NCBI GenBank assembly: GCA_964435775.1
Contig: CAYTAP010000006.1
Coordinates: 1 to 54,652, forward strand
Length of the DNA: 54,652 bases
Reading direction: 5' to 3'
DNA from: an uncultured Tepidisphaeraceae bacterium
Lineage (GTDB): Bacteria > Planctomycetota > Phycisphaerae > Tepidisphaerales > Tepidisphaeraceae
The position numbers were made by a program, and so were the translations under genes. Every line of letters begins with the position of its first letter. Within the stretch, counting starts at the first letter, position 1. This document shows positions 6,906 through 15,207 of the stretch, piece by piece. Below the pieces are notes generated by a model that was not told the DNA's origin, searched no databases, and saw nothing but the letters and a program-made list of their open reading frames with translations.

Positions 6906-8977
6906 TGATCGTCGCGCCGTTGCTCACATGGCTGGTGATGGGCTGTGTCGCGGCGGGCATGGCCGATGCCGCGCCTAAAAAGACCGCGTTGCCGGTCAAA
7001 GCCATCCTGGCGGATCGGCTGACGGGGCTTGAGAAGGAGGTCGCGGGGTTGGCGCTTCAGCGGCCGGAAGTGGCCGGCGGGCAACGCCCCTGGCTGGAGT
7101 TGCGGATTGACTTGCGGCTTTTCGAGCGTTGGTTTCTTGATCAGTGCATCCGGGCGCCCGACGACTCGGATCTTCAGAGTGACGCCTTCATCCGCGCCCA
7201 GCATCTCGCCGATGCGAGGGCGCTCTATGAAGAAACGATGACGCCGCAAGGGGGCGATGCGGCGACGTCGCAGGCCGCGCCGGCCGCCAATCCGCCGACG
7301 CCGGCGCAGATGCAGGCGATGCTCAAGCTGCACCAAATGACCTTCGACATGGCCGACGCCGGGGATGTCGCCGAGCTGGACAAGCTTTCCATCGCGATCG
7401 GCCAATCGCTGGCGCAAATCAGCGGCGTCGCCGACGGCGGCAAGACGTTGCCTCTCATGCGTCCCGCGCCCCTGGCGCCGATCGTGCAATCCGATGCGCC
7501 GGCGCATCCCACCATCGCACAGCTTCGCCAGACCGTGCTTTCCAATGCGGTCGCGGTCACGTTGCGTCGGCAGTTGCTGTCGCTGGCGGATCAGGCCGAC
7601 GCGCTGGCCGGTGACGCGAAGAACCGGCGGGAGTACGCGGAGCTCTATCGCGTGTTGAGTGAAGGCGTTGAACTGGCGCAGGGACTGGCGACCAACACCG
7701 GCGTGACGCCCGAGGCGCGCCAGCAAATCCAGGATCAGCTTGCCGAGGGCATCGCGCTGTTCGCCGATCCCCGCACGCGCTCGGCGGGGCAGGCGCGATT
7801 GAACGGGCTCAAGCAATACGCCTCCCTCGTCGGGCGCTATGGCAAACTTGATCTGCGCGCCGACGTCAAAACGCGCCTTGGTCCCGCCTACACTTACGCG
7901 CAGGCGCACCCCGACCAGGCGGGCAAGGTGTTGGGCGCCGTCGATCGTTTCGCCGCGCTGAGCACGCGCTATGATGGGCGCAAGCCTGCGAACGGCTCCG
8001 ATCCCGGCCGTCGTTTTGTGGAGGATCTGCGCCGTCAATTCGAGGATCATCGCGTTCAGTTTCTCGACAGTTGCGCCCAACTCTCCGGCGGCGGGATGCT
8101 CGCGGCGACGCCGGACGACCTGACCAAGGCGGTTGCCGAAATGAAGTACGAACTTGATCTGCTCGATGTGCTCGACCAACTGCCGGCGAGTCTGGACACG
8201 CTGGCCGCGTATAAGCCGCGTCCCACGGGCGCGATTGAGCGCCGCGTCGCCAAGGCGTCGACCACGGCCACCGCGATCGTCGATTCCCCCGAGCGCCGCC
8301 AGGCGTTTGGCGCGCTCAGAGAAATCGCGGCGCTGGGCGCGGCGGCGTCGGCGCTCGAGCGCCGCCCGGTCGCGAATGTACCCGGCGACATCGCCCAGGC
8401 ATACGCGATGAACTCGCTGACGGCGTTTGAGGCGCGGTGGAAGGCGCTCGTCAGCGAATCGGCGACGAAGCTCGCCGGCGGAGGGAATGCGCCCGGCGCG
8501 GTTCATCGGCTGGAGGTGGCCAGGCAGATGCTCGACGGACTCAATTCCGCGGTCATTCTCGAGCAGCAACTCCAGGAGACCGATGTCCTCATCCGCTGGG
8601 CGGATTGGACGACGCCGCAGGATCGGCTGCGGATGATCTTCATCCCGTGGCGCAATGCCCTGGCCAATGCCTTTGATGGCTTCAATCACGATCGAGCCGA
8701 GCCGGGCGATCAGTGGGTGGCCCTCGATAAGGCGAGTCGTCCACTGTTTGACCTGCTCGCCGAGGTGTCGCGCTACGCCAACCCGTGCCGCGATCTTCCT
8801 TCCGGTCTGGCCGGAGCGCTGGGGCGGCTGACGACGCCGCTGGCCCATCAGCCGTTTGCGGTCGAGCGCTATTCGGGGCTGGGGATCGAGCTGCTGATCG
8901 CCGCGCCCGTCCGCGATGTGGATGCGACGACCGCCGCCGTGCTGCGGCATCTGGCGGAGGCGCTATCGTCGAATTGA
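6860..8977 (+). CDS. Hypothetical secreted protein or lipoprotein, largely alpha-helical, no recognisable domain
   Basis: GAGGAG lies 9 nt upstream of the ATG. The N-terminus MKVTADSKRVVASSALIVAPLLTWLVMGC looks like a signal peptide with a lipobox-like VMGC. The codon usage is GC3-rich, unlike the antisense ORF 6878..8950. Confidence 0.55.
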   Translation: MKVTADSKRVVASSALIVAPLLTWLVMGCVAAGMADAAPKKTALPVKAILADRLTGLEKEVAGLALQRPEVAGGQRPWLELRIDLRLFERWFLDQCIRAPDDSDLQSDAFIRAQHLADARALYEETMTPQGGDAATSQAAPAANPPTPAQMQAMLKLHQMTFDMADAGDVAELDKLSIAIGQSLAQISGVADGGKTLPLMRPAPLAPIVQSDAPAHPTIAQLRQTVLSNAVAVTLRRQLLSLADQADALAGDAKNRREYAELYRVLSEGVELAQGLATNTGVTPEARQQIQDQLAEGIALFADPRTRSAGQARLNGLKQYASLVGRYGKLDLRADVKTRLGPAYTYAQAHPDQAGKVLGAVDRFAALSTRYDGRKPANGSDPGRRFVEDLRRQFEDHRVQFLDSCAQLSGGGMLAATPDDLTKAVAEMKYELDLLDVLDQLPASLDTLAAYKPRPTGAIERRVAKASTTATAIVDSPERRQAFGALREIAALGAAASALERRPVANVPGDIAQAYAMNSLTAFEARWKALVSESATKLAGGGNAPGAVHRLEVARQMLDGLNSAVILEQQLQETDVLIRWADWTTPQDRLRMIFIPWRNALANAFDGFNHDRAEPGDQWVALDKASRPLFDLLAEVSRYANPCRDLPSGLAGALGRLTTPLAHQPFAVERYSGLGIELLIAAPVRDVDATTAAVLRHLAEALSSN

Positions 8978-9009
8978 TGAGACGGACCTCGCGGACGTTC
9001 ATTGCCTTC

Positions 9010-9105
9010 GTAGGGTCCGCCTCGCGGACCAAGTGATCGTAAGCCCGCCTCGCGAACCAACAGGCGAGTTGTCAAAAAAGGATGGTCCGCGGGGCGGACC
9101 CTACG
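9010..9105. repeat. Family-B palindromic repeat, copy B1
   Basis: GTAGGGTCCGCCTCGCGGACC ... GGTCCGCGGGGCGGACCCTAC, with a degenerate internal copy (CCCGCCTCGCGAACC). Intergenic, downstream of the 6860..8977 CDS. Confidence 0.8.
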
Positions 9106-9181
9106 ACTTTCGTCAAACCCGTCATCGGCGCTTTTCTTACGCAGCGGGGCGGAATACCATTGCATTTACAGGAGATTATTC

Positions 9182-9856
9182 ATGGCAGGCATTCTCGTGA
9201 TCGGCCCGCATCCTGACGATCAGGAACTGGGCATGGGGGGAACCGTCGCGCGGCTGGCGGCGCAGGGTCATCGCGTTCACCTGGTGGACATGACCAGCGG
9301 CGAACCGACGCCGCTCGGCACGCCCGAGCGACGCGTCAAGGAGAGCGCCGCCGCCGCCAGGGTGCTTGGCGTGGAGCGCACGCAGTTGGGGTTGAAGAAT
9401 CGGGAGGTGGTTCACGATGTGCCGTCGCGCCACAAGCTGGCGGCGGTCATCCGCATCCATCGCCCCGACTGGCTTTTCGTCCCGTATCCCGTTGACGCGC
9501 ACCCCGATCACATGGCCGTCACCCGCATCGCCGAGGACGCCCGTTTCGACGCCAAGCTCACCAAGAGCGCCATTCCCGGCGAGCCGTGGCATCCCAAGCG
9601 GATCATCTACTATTTCTGCACGCACCTGCGCATCAACTTTCCGGCCACCTTCTGCCTCGACATCACCGATCAGATGGATCAAAAAATGCGGGCCGTCAAC
9701 TGCTATCAATCCCAGTTTGTTGAGAACCATTCGCCGGTCCCGGAGATGGTCCGCACCCTCAACGGCTATTTCGGTTCCCGCATCGGCACGGCGTACGCCG
9801 AGCCCTTCTTCACACATGAAATGCTTGGATTTACGGGACTGGGCGAGTTGTTTTGA
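9182..9856 (+). CDS. PIG-L/LmbE family N-acetylglucosaminyl deacetylase
   Basis: Hallmark motif ILVIGPHPDDQELGMGGTVARL plus HPDH (VDAHPDHMAV). Size is typical. Confidence 0.85.
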   Translation: MAGILVIGPHPDDQELGMGGTVARLAAQGHRVHLVDMTSGEPTPLGTPERRVKESAAAARVLGVERTQLGLKNREVVHDVPSRHKLAAVIRIHRPDWLFVPYPVDAHPDHMAVTRIAEDARFDAKLTKSAIPGEPWHPKRIIYYFCTHLRINFPATFCLDITDQMDQKMRAVNCYQSQFVENHSPVPEMVRTLNGYFGSRIGTAYAEPFFTHEMLGFTGLGELF

Positions 9857-9861
9857 CGTGG

Positions 9862-9880
9862 CATGGGCGGCTCGCCCATG
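9862..9880. terminator. Hairpin CATGGGCG-gct-CGCCCATG, 6 nt after the PIG-L stop (family D)
   Basis: 8-bp GC-rich stem with no clear U-tract. A near-identical hairpin is at 22188..22208. It lies in the 225-bp convergent intergenic region, which holds further hairpins (e.g. TGGCAC-cgat-GTGCCA). Confidence 0.4.
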
Positions 9881-10081
9881 TCTGCTCGATGGCTCAAGTC
9901 TCAGATCGGATTCCAGACTGAACGAATATGATGGGGTGCGTTTTCAGGCATGAATGCAGGTGATGTGTGATGCGGCGGGGTACCGCCGCTCATGGGCGAG
10001 ACGCTCATGCTACGTCAAAGGCATGGCACCGATGTGCCACATGCATCCCTGGGCGTTGCTATCGCCGCATGCAACGCCGCA

Positions 10082-10876
10082 TTACCTCAACACCGCTTCC
10101 TGCAATTCTCCCTCAACCGATGGCACGGGATGCGCACGCGATGGGCGCAGGGCGGGGAGAACCTGCTTGAGGTCCGCGATTTCCCGGATGACATGATCGA
10201 CCGTCCAGTGCGCCTTGGGTTCGGCGCCCCCGACGCCGCGATGTTTGAGCACGGTCATCATCCCAGCCCGACGGGCGCCGATCATGTCGGTGTCGAGGCG
10301 GTCGCCGACGAAAACGGTTTCCTCGGCCGATGCGCCGATTTGTTCCAGGGCGTGTTCAAATATCCGCCGGTGCGGCTTGCGATATCCGAAGTCGCCGGAG
10401 TAAATCCGCACGGGGAAATAGCTGAGCAGCCCGGTCATCGCCAGATGCCGATCCAGCACCTTGCCGGGAACGAAGGTGTTGGACACGATCCCCAGTTTGA
10501 TCCCCCGCCGCTGAAACAGCTCAAGCACGGCCGGCAGATCCTCCTCAATCGCCGTGTATCCCACCTGCGGCGAATACGCCTGCCATGCAAGTTCCATGCA
10601 CATTTGCGGCGTCGTCGGCACATTCAGCCGCTTGCAGCGAATCGCCATCAGTTTCAGCGAATCGAACTCCCGCCCGCGCATTTTTTCCTTGAAGTAATTC
10701 CACAGGATGCAGGAGAGAACGCCGCGGTAGTACCTGGAAAATGACGGCAGCGCGTTGCCGCGCACGCGAAGGTATTCATACGTTCGCAGCGCGCCGGCCC
10801 GGAACATGTCGCTGTTTTTAACCGGCGCCAAGTCGAAGAGCGTATTGCCCAGATCGAATAGGATGGCCTTGACCAT
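10082..10876 (-). CDS. HAD-superfamily hydrolase
   Basis: The start MVKAILFDLGNTLF carries HAD motif I (DxD-type, FDLGNT). Motif IV-like VFVGDRLDTDMIGARRAGM is present. The track N-terminal extension to 11128 was rejected. Confidence 0.75.
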   Translation of the reverse strand: MVKAILFDLGNTLFDLAPVKNSDMFRAGALRTYEYLRVRGNALPSFSRYYRGVLSCILWNYFKEKMRGREFDSLKLMAIRCKRLNVPTTPQMCMELAWQAYSPQVGYTAIEEDLPAVLELFQRRGIKLGIVSNTFVPGKVLDRHLAMTGLLSYFPVRIYSGDFGYRKPHRRIFEHALEQIGASAEETVFVGDRLDTDMIGARRAGMMTVLKHRGVGGAEPKAHWTVDHVIREIADLKQVLPALRPSRAHPVPSVEGELQEAVLR

Positions 10877-11196
10877 GAAGATCCGCCAATGCGATTCCAA
10901 AAGTGTTCCAGCGTCCATTGGACGACCTGATCGCGCTCCGCGCCCGCCAGGACGACCACCACAACCCGGCCGCCACGGCGTTGATATCTTAACGGCGCTG
11001 GGCGGGCAAGTTTGTGATTCACCCGCAGCGACGATCTTCGCCGTCAATCCATAACATACACTATAATCACCCTTAACATGGTTGAGCACGCCCAATCCGG
11101 ATGATTTTCCGCGCCGATCGCGGCGCACCTTGCGGTGGGCACTGTTTTCCCTACACTTTTATCCGGTTTTTGAACGAATTTCTTGATCGGAGTCCC

Positions 11197-11769
11197 ATGC
11201 GTCACGTCATTTCAGCTTTGGTGGTGAACGAGCCCGGTGTGCTGGCGGGTGTCGCCAACATGTTTTCGGCCCGCGGCTTCAACATCGATTCCCTCGTCGT
11301 CGGGCGCACCGAAGACCAGAACCTCTCCCGCATGACGATCGTCGTCAACGGCGACGGCAACACGATGGATCAGGTCCGCAAGCAACTGGCCAAGCTGATT
11401 CCCGTCGTCAGCGTCCATGATTTCCAGGACTCGGCGTACGTCCAGCGGGATCTCGCCTTGATCAGCATCGGCGTGTCGCCGGACAAACGTGGGGAAGTGA
11501 TCGAGATCGTCAACCTCTTCCGCGGCAAGGTGATCGATATCGCGGTCGATTCGCTCATCATCGAGCTCTCCGGCACGGTGGAAAAGGTGGAGGCGTTCAT
11601 CGAACTGATGCGGCCATACAACATCACCGAACTGGCCCGCACCGGCGTCATCGCCATGGCGCGCGGCTCGAATCAGCCCCGGCGCACGCTCCAGGAAACC
11701 CACGCCAAGCCCACTCCCCGCAAACGCTCCATCAACGCCCCGGCGGCGCAGGCGCTGCCGCCAAGCTGA
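11197..11769 (+). CDS. ilvN: Acetolactate synthase small (regulatory) subunit, ACT domain
   Basis: MRHVISALVVNEPGVLAGVANMFSARGFNIDSLVVGRTEDQNLSRMTIVV is a textbook IlvH/IlvN N-terminus. GGAG lies 4 nt upstream of the ATG. There is a C-terminal extension of about 25 aa. Confidence 0.85.
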   Translation: MRHVISALVVNEPGVLAGVANMFSARGFNIDSLVVGRTEDQNLSRMTIVVNGDGNTMDQVRKQLAKLIPVVSVHDFQDSAYVQRDLALISIGVSPDKRGEVIEIVNLFRGKVIDIAVDSLIIELSGTVEKVEAFIELMRPYNITELARTGVIAMARGSNQPRRTLQETHAKPTPRKRSINAPAAQALPPS

Positions 11770-11801
11770 TTTCGCCAGCCCCGGTCGTTACCATCAAGCG
11801 C

Positions 11802-13259
11802 ATGGCCAAATCGCGCACCCAGTTCCTTTGCAATTCCTGCGGGTCGGTGCAGATCAAGTGGATGGGGAAATGTCCGGATTGCGGGACATGGGACAGTCTT
11901 GAGGAATACAAAACGCCGACGGCCGATGCGCGGACGGCGCATCTGGCGCACGGGCAGAGCGGGGATGTGGCCGGGGGAGGGGAGGCGCTGCCGTTATCGA
12001 AAATCACCGACGCCGACACGCCGCGACATCCGAGCGGGATTGGTGAGTTTGATCGCGTGCTGGGCGGGGGGATCGTTCCCGGATCAGCCGTCCTCATCGG
12101 CGGTGAACCGGGGATTGGCAAATCGACGTTGCTGTTGCAGGCCGCCCATACGCTGGCGTCGCCTCACTCCGAGCCATCGCTTGGCTCGGCCGTGGTTGCC
12201 GGCAAGCGAAAAGTCCCGTCCAAGCCATTGAAAGTCCTCTATGTCACGAGCGAAGAATCGGCGCGACAGACCAAGCTTCGCGCCGCGCGCCTCGACATCA
12301 CGCAACGCGCCAAAGGGGGCGATGAGAATCTCCTCGTTCTCGCCGAGGCCAATCTCGAGCGGATCGTCAATCAAATCAACCAGCGGCGCCCGGATGTCGT
12401 CATCATCGATTCGATCCAGATGATCTATAAGCCCGATCTCCCGGCAGCTCCGGGGTCGGTCACGCAGCTGCGCGACTGCTGCATGGAGCTGGTCTACCTC
12501 GCCAAGGCGACGGGGATCGCCATTCTTTTCGTCGGGCATGTCACCAAGGCCGGCACGCTCGCCGGACCGAAGATCATCGAACACATCGTCGATACGGTCA
12601 TCTATTTCGAGGGGGACCGATTTCATTCGCACCGGATCGTCCGCTGCGTGAAGAATCGTTTCGGCGGCACGCAGGAGATCGGGCTGTTTGAAATGACCGG
12701 CGCGGGATTGAAGGAGGTGATCGATCCGGGGAATCTGTTCGTCGAGCAGTATGGCGCGGGCGGACCTCCCAGCGGGACGGTGGTGACGGCCGCGATGCAG
12801 GGTTCGCGCGTCCTGCTTGTCGAGGTGCAGGCACTGACCGCGGCGAGCGTGATCGGTGCGGCGCGTCGGAAAACGAGCGGCGTCAGTTCGGATCGCGTGG
12901 CGATGATCATCGCGGTGCTCGAAAAGCGCGCCGAGCTTCGTCTGGCGGCCGAGGATGTCTTCGTCAATGTCGCCGGCGGCGTCAAAATCATCGAACCGGC
13001 GACCGACCTCGCCATCGCCCTGGCGATCGCGTCGGCGCATTCCAACCGCGCGCTCTCACCGGGAACGCTGGCGATCGGGGAATTGGGATTGGGAGGCGAG
13101 ATTCGGCCGGTGCCGCAGTTGGAGCTGCGCCTGCGCGAAGCCGCGCGGCTTGGTTTGGGGCACGCGATTACGCCCCACCTCGGTCCGCTTGCCCCAAAGC
13201 TCGGCGGCATGGCGCTCCACGAAGTTCGACGACTTTCACAGGCGTTGGCCGATATATGA
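11802..13259 (+). CDS. radA: DNA repair protein RadA/Sms
   Basis: N-terminal zinc finger CNSCGSVQIKWMGKCPDCGTW, Walker A GGEPGIGKST, the KNRFG motif (VKNRFGGTQE) and a Lon-like C-terminal domain. Confidence 0.92.
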   Translation: MAKSRTQFLCNSCGSVQIKWMGKCPDCGTWDSLEEYKTPTADARTAHLAHGQSGDVAGGGEALPLSKITDADTPRHPSGIGEFDRVLGGGIVPGSAVLIGGEPGIGKSTLLLQAAHTLASPHSEPSLGSAVVAGKRKVPSKPLKVLYVTSEESARQTKLRAARLDITQRAKGGDENLLVLAEANLERIVNQINQRRPDVVIIDSIQMIYKPDLPAAPGSVTQLRDCCMELVYLAKATGIAILFVGHVTKAGTLAGPKIIEHIVDTVIYFEGDRFHSHRIVRCVKNRFGGTQEIGLFEMTGAGLKEVIDPGNLFVEQYGAGGPPSGTVVTAAMQGSRVLLVEVQALTAASVIGAARRKTSGVSSDRVAMIIAVLEKRAELRLAAEDVFVNVAGGVKIIEPATDLAIALAIASAHSNRALSPGTLAIGELGLGGEIRPVPQLELRLREAARLGLGHAITPHLGPLAPKLGGMALHEVRRLSQALADI

Positions 13260-13280
13260 GGGTCGGTCTCCATGCGCCGG

Positions 13281-13364
13281 GTCTTTGTAGGGTCCGTGGT
13301 ACGCCGCGGACCATTTTTGCGATGGAGACAATGGTCCGCGGGGTACCACGGACCCTACAAAGAC
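13281..13364. repeat. Family-B palindromic repeat, copy B2
   Basis: GTCTTTGTAGGGTCCGTGGTACGCCGCGGACCAT ... ATGGTCCGCGGGGTACCACGGACCCTACAAAGAC. The arms are complementary at 33 of 34 positions. It lies between radA and the DoxX gene. Confidence 0.85.
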
Positions 13365-13423
13365 TGACAACGGACAACGGACGCTATACTTTCCCCGTGG
13401 GGTTCATCAGCAAGGAGTCGCAC

Positions 13424-13819
13424 ATGATCGGAACTGGTTTGACCAAGCATCGGGATGCGGGGCTGCTTCTTCTTCGCATCGGCATCGGCATCGCATTCAT
13501 CCTGCACGGCTATCCCAAGCTGCTTGGCGGCCCGGACATGTGGCGGGGCGTGGGGCAGATGGCGGGGATGGAACCGGCCGTCGCCTTCGGCTTCATCGCC
13601 GGTTGCATCGAAACCTTTGGCGGCCTGCTGCTCATTGTCGGCTTCGCGTTCCGACCCGTTTGCTTATTGCTGCTGCTGGACATGCTGGCCGCATTGTTCA
13701 TGCACCACATTCGCGTGGGCGATGGTTTCGGTAAGTTCGCGCAGGCGTTCGAGATGGCGTTCGTCTTCGCGTCGCTGATTCTGATCGGGCCGGGCAAGTA
13801 CAGCGTGGATCGACAATGA
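13424..13819 (+). CDS. DoxX family membrane protein
   Basis: AAGGAG lies 7 nt upstream of the ATG. LLLLRIGIGIAFILHGYPKL and four TM helices are typical of DoxX. Confidence 0.72.
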   Translation: MIGTGLTKHRDAGLLLLRIGIGIAFILHGYPKLLGGPDMWRGVGQMAGMEPAVAFGFIAGCIETFGGLLLIVGFAFRPVCLLLLLDMLAALFMHHIRVGDGFGKFAQAFEMAFVFASLILIGPGKYSVDRQ

Positions 13820-13823
13820 GCGC

Positions 13824-14198
13824 TCAGCGCGCTTCGTCGGGGCAAAGCGAGCGAAGATACTGGAAAGAATAGATGCCCGAATCGTGGTTGTCCGACCATT
13901 CGATTTTCATCGCGTAATTTCCCACCAGTTGGGCGTTTCGGGCCGTGATCGCCTTTTCGAAATTGCCCGGCAGAATCGGCAGCAGCATTTTTTTCTTCGG
14001 CGTCGTTGAGATTTTGTGCGGGTCGGTTCCTTCGCGCACCATTTTGCACATTGCGCAGGGACACATCGTCCGCAGCAAAGTGATTGAGTAGACGCTTTTT
14101 TTCCCATCCGCCCAGTCGATCTCCAGCTTCTCATCGCGTTTGAGATCAAGGCGCACGGGCGTGGTGGATAGGTCGGCGAGTGAGGGGGGCGTTGACAT
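13824..14198 (-). CDS. DUF971 (gamma-butyrobetaine hydroxylase-like N-terminal domain) protein
   Basis: LEIDWADGKKSVYSITLLRTMCPCAMCK and IEWSDNHDSGIYSFQYLRSLCP match the DUF971 pattern. The internal ATG at 14198 was preferred. A TATAAT lies 6 nt upstream of it. Confidence 0.68.
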   Translation of the reverse strand: MSTPPSLADLSTTPVRLDLKRDEKLEIDWADGKKSVYSITLLRTMCPCAMCKMVREGTDPHKISTTPKKKMLLPILPGNFEKAITARNAQLVGNYAMKIEWSDNHDSGIYSFQYLRSLCPDEAR

Positions 14199-14254
14199 CA
14201 GCCCATTATAGCGCGCCGTCACATTGTTTGTAGCGGTCCCCCCATTGATGGAAC

Positions 14255-14324
14255 CAAGGAGCCGCGCGCGAAGTAAGCGGTTGCTGCCCAAGCGCGCACA
14301 GCTTACTTCGTGCGCGGCTCCTTG
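14255..14324. repeat. Long hairpin with a 24-bp stem (1 mismatch) and a 22-nt loop
   Basis: CAAGGAGCCGCGCGCGAAGTAAGC (14255-14278) pairs with GCTTACTTCGTGCGCGGCTCCTTG (14301-14324). Intergenic, between the small ORF and the DUF971 gene on the minus strand. Confidence 0.8.
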
Positions 14325-14356
14325 AACCCACCACACCACAGTGGACGGCGCTCCGG

Positions 14357-14566
14357 TCATCGCGGCGTGTGCCACACGCTCCAGAGCAGCCAGAACAGCA
14401 AAATCAAAATCGGCAACAACCCCAGCATCAGGGGCAACATTGAACTCGGCCGTTTTCCAGTGGCCGGCGCTGACGCCGAGGCAGCGGCCGCCTTATGCCG
14501 ATGCCGCTCCCGCTCCGACCGACGGCGTGATCGCTCCGAACGACGTTTGGTGGATTGCGCGGACAT
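14357..14566 (-). CDS. Possible small tail-anchored membrane protein (69 aa): highly basic N-terminus, single C-terminal TM helix
   Basis: MSAQSTKRRSERSRRRSERERHRHK...MLPLMLGLLPILILLFWLLWSVW. ATG start and GC3-rich codons. No recognisable homology, so this is speculative. Confidence 0.3.
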   Translation of the reverse strand: MSAQSTKRRSERSRRRSERERHRHKAAAASASAPATGKRPSSMLPLMLGLLPILILLFWLLWSVWHTPR

Positions 14567-14649
14567 GATGCCGATGATTATGGCCGATCCGCCGTGCGGG
14601 GCAAGCGGCAAGGCATGGCCATGATCGGCATTTCGCATTTACGACTTTT

Positions 14650-14751
14650 CTCCCTCCCCCGCGAGCACGCGGGGGAGGGTTGGGGAGGGGGTCTGCTCGA
14701 TTCTGCGCGTAAGACCCCCTCCCTGCCCTCCCCCGGAGTACCGGGGGAGGG
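14650..14751. repeat. Family-A nested-palindrome repeat, copy A3
   Basis: CCCTCCCCCGCG-agca-CGCGGGGGAGGG TTGGGGAGGGGG ... CCCCCTCCCTGCCCTCCCCCGG-agta-CCGGGGGAGGG. It lies 43 nt downstream of the hicB stop. The flanks carry CGCATTTACGA-type outer repeats. Confidence 0.85.
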
Positions 14752-14793
14752 AATATATGACCTTGGTCAACGCCATTGCGTTTGTTCTGAGTG

Positions 14794-15207
14794 CTATGAA
14801 GCTTCGCGCACCCTCGCCAGCGTCGTGTTGCGAATGAAATCCGAAATCCCGCGAAACCCGCGGCTTCTCGCCGCATCCTCCAGGATCAGCTTCTCTTCAC
14901 TGGTCAGACGGATGTTGACCTGCTCCGTGCGCTTGTTCTGCGACGCCGGCGCCGGCGGCGTTTGTTTGTTCTCCAGCATGTACGCGACGGCAGTGGTCAG
15001 GATCTCCCGCGTGGCGCGGACGCACTCATCCGGCGTTTTGCCATCGTTCATCACATGAGGCATCTCTAGTCCACGCCCGTAATACTCGCCATCTTCGTGA
15101 TGGAGGATGATCTGATAGGTATCGGCGATCGCGCGGGCCCGCCGAAGAATCCCCGGCGCGAAGGGGCGATTAATCGCTTTCGAGGATTTTTTTGATTTGA
15201 CGGACAT
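14794..15207 (-). CDS. hicB: HicB-family antitoxin with a C-terminal ribbon-helix-helix domain
   Basis: HicB N-domain (YQIILHHEDGEYYGRGLEMPHVMNDGKTPDECVRATREIL) plus an RHH-like tail (VNIRLTSEEKLILEDAARSRGFRGISDFIR). It overlaps the hicA 3' end by 38 nt. Confidence 0.8.
   Translation of the reverse strand: MSVKSKKSSKAINRPFAPGILRRARAIADTYQIILHHEDGEYYGRGLEMPHVMNDGKTPDECVRATREILTTAVAYMLENKQTPPAPASQNKRTEQVNIRLTSEEKLILEDAARSRGFRGISDFIRNTTLARVREAS

Noticed and set aside
5209-7005. ORFs translating through the family-A repeats (e.g. 5209..5712, 6691..7005, 14493..14876, 14555..15058, 33780..34112), giving SPGVPGEG / PPEYRERG / LPRSTGGG peptides
   Set aside because: The similar peptides on both strands arise from palindromic DNA. 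These ORFs have no RBS and cross intergenic hairpins. They are repeat artefacts, not genes.
6878-8950. 690-aa minus-strand ORF antisense to the 6860..8977 CDS
   Set aside because: Arg/Gly/Pro-rich low-complexity translation. The plus-strand frame has an RBS, a signal peptide and protein-like composition.
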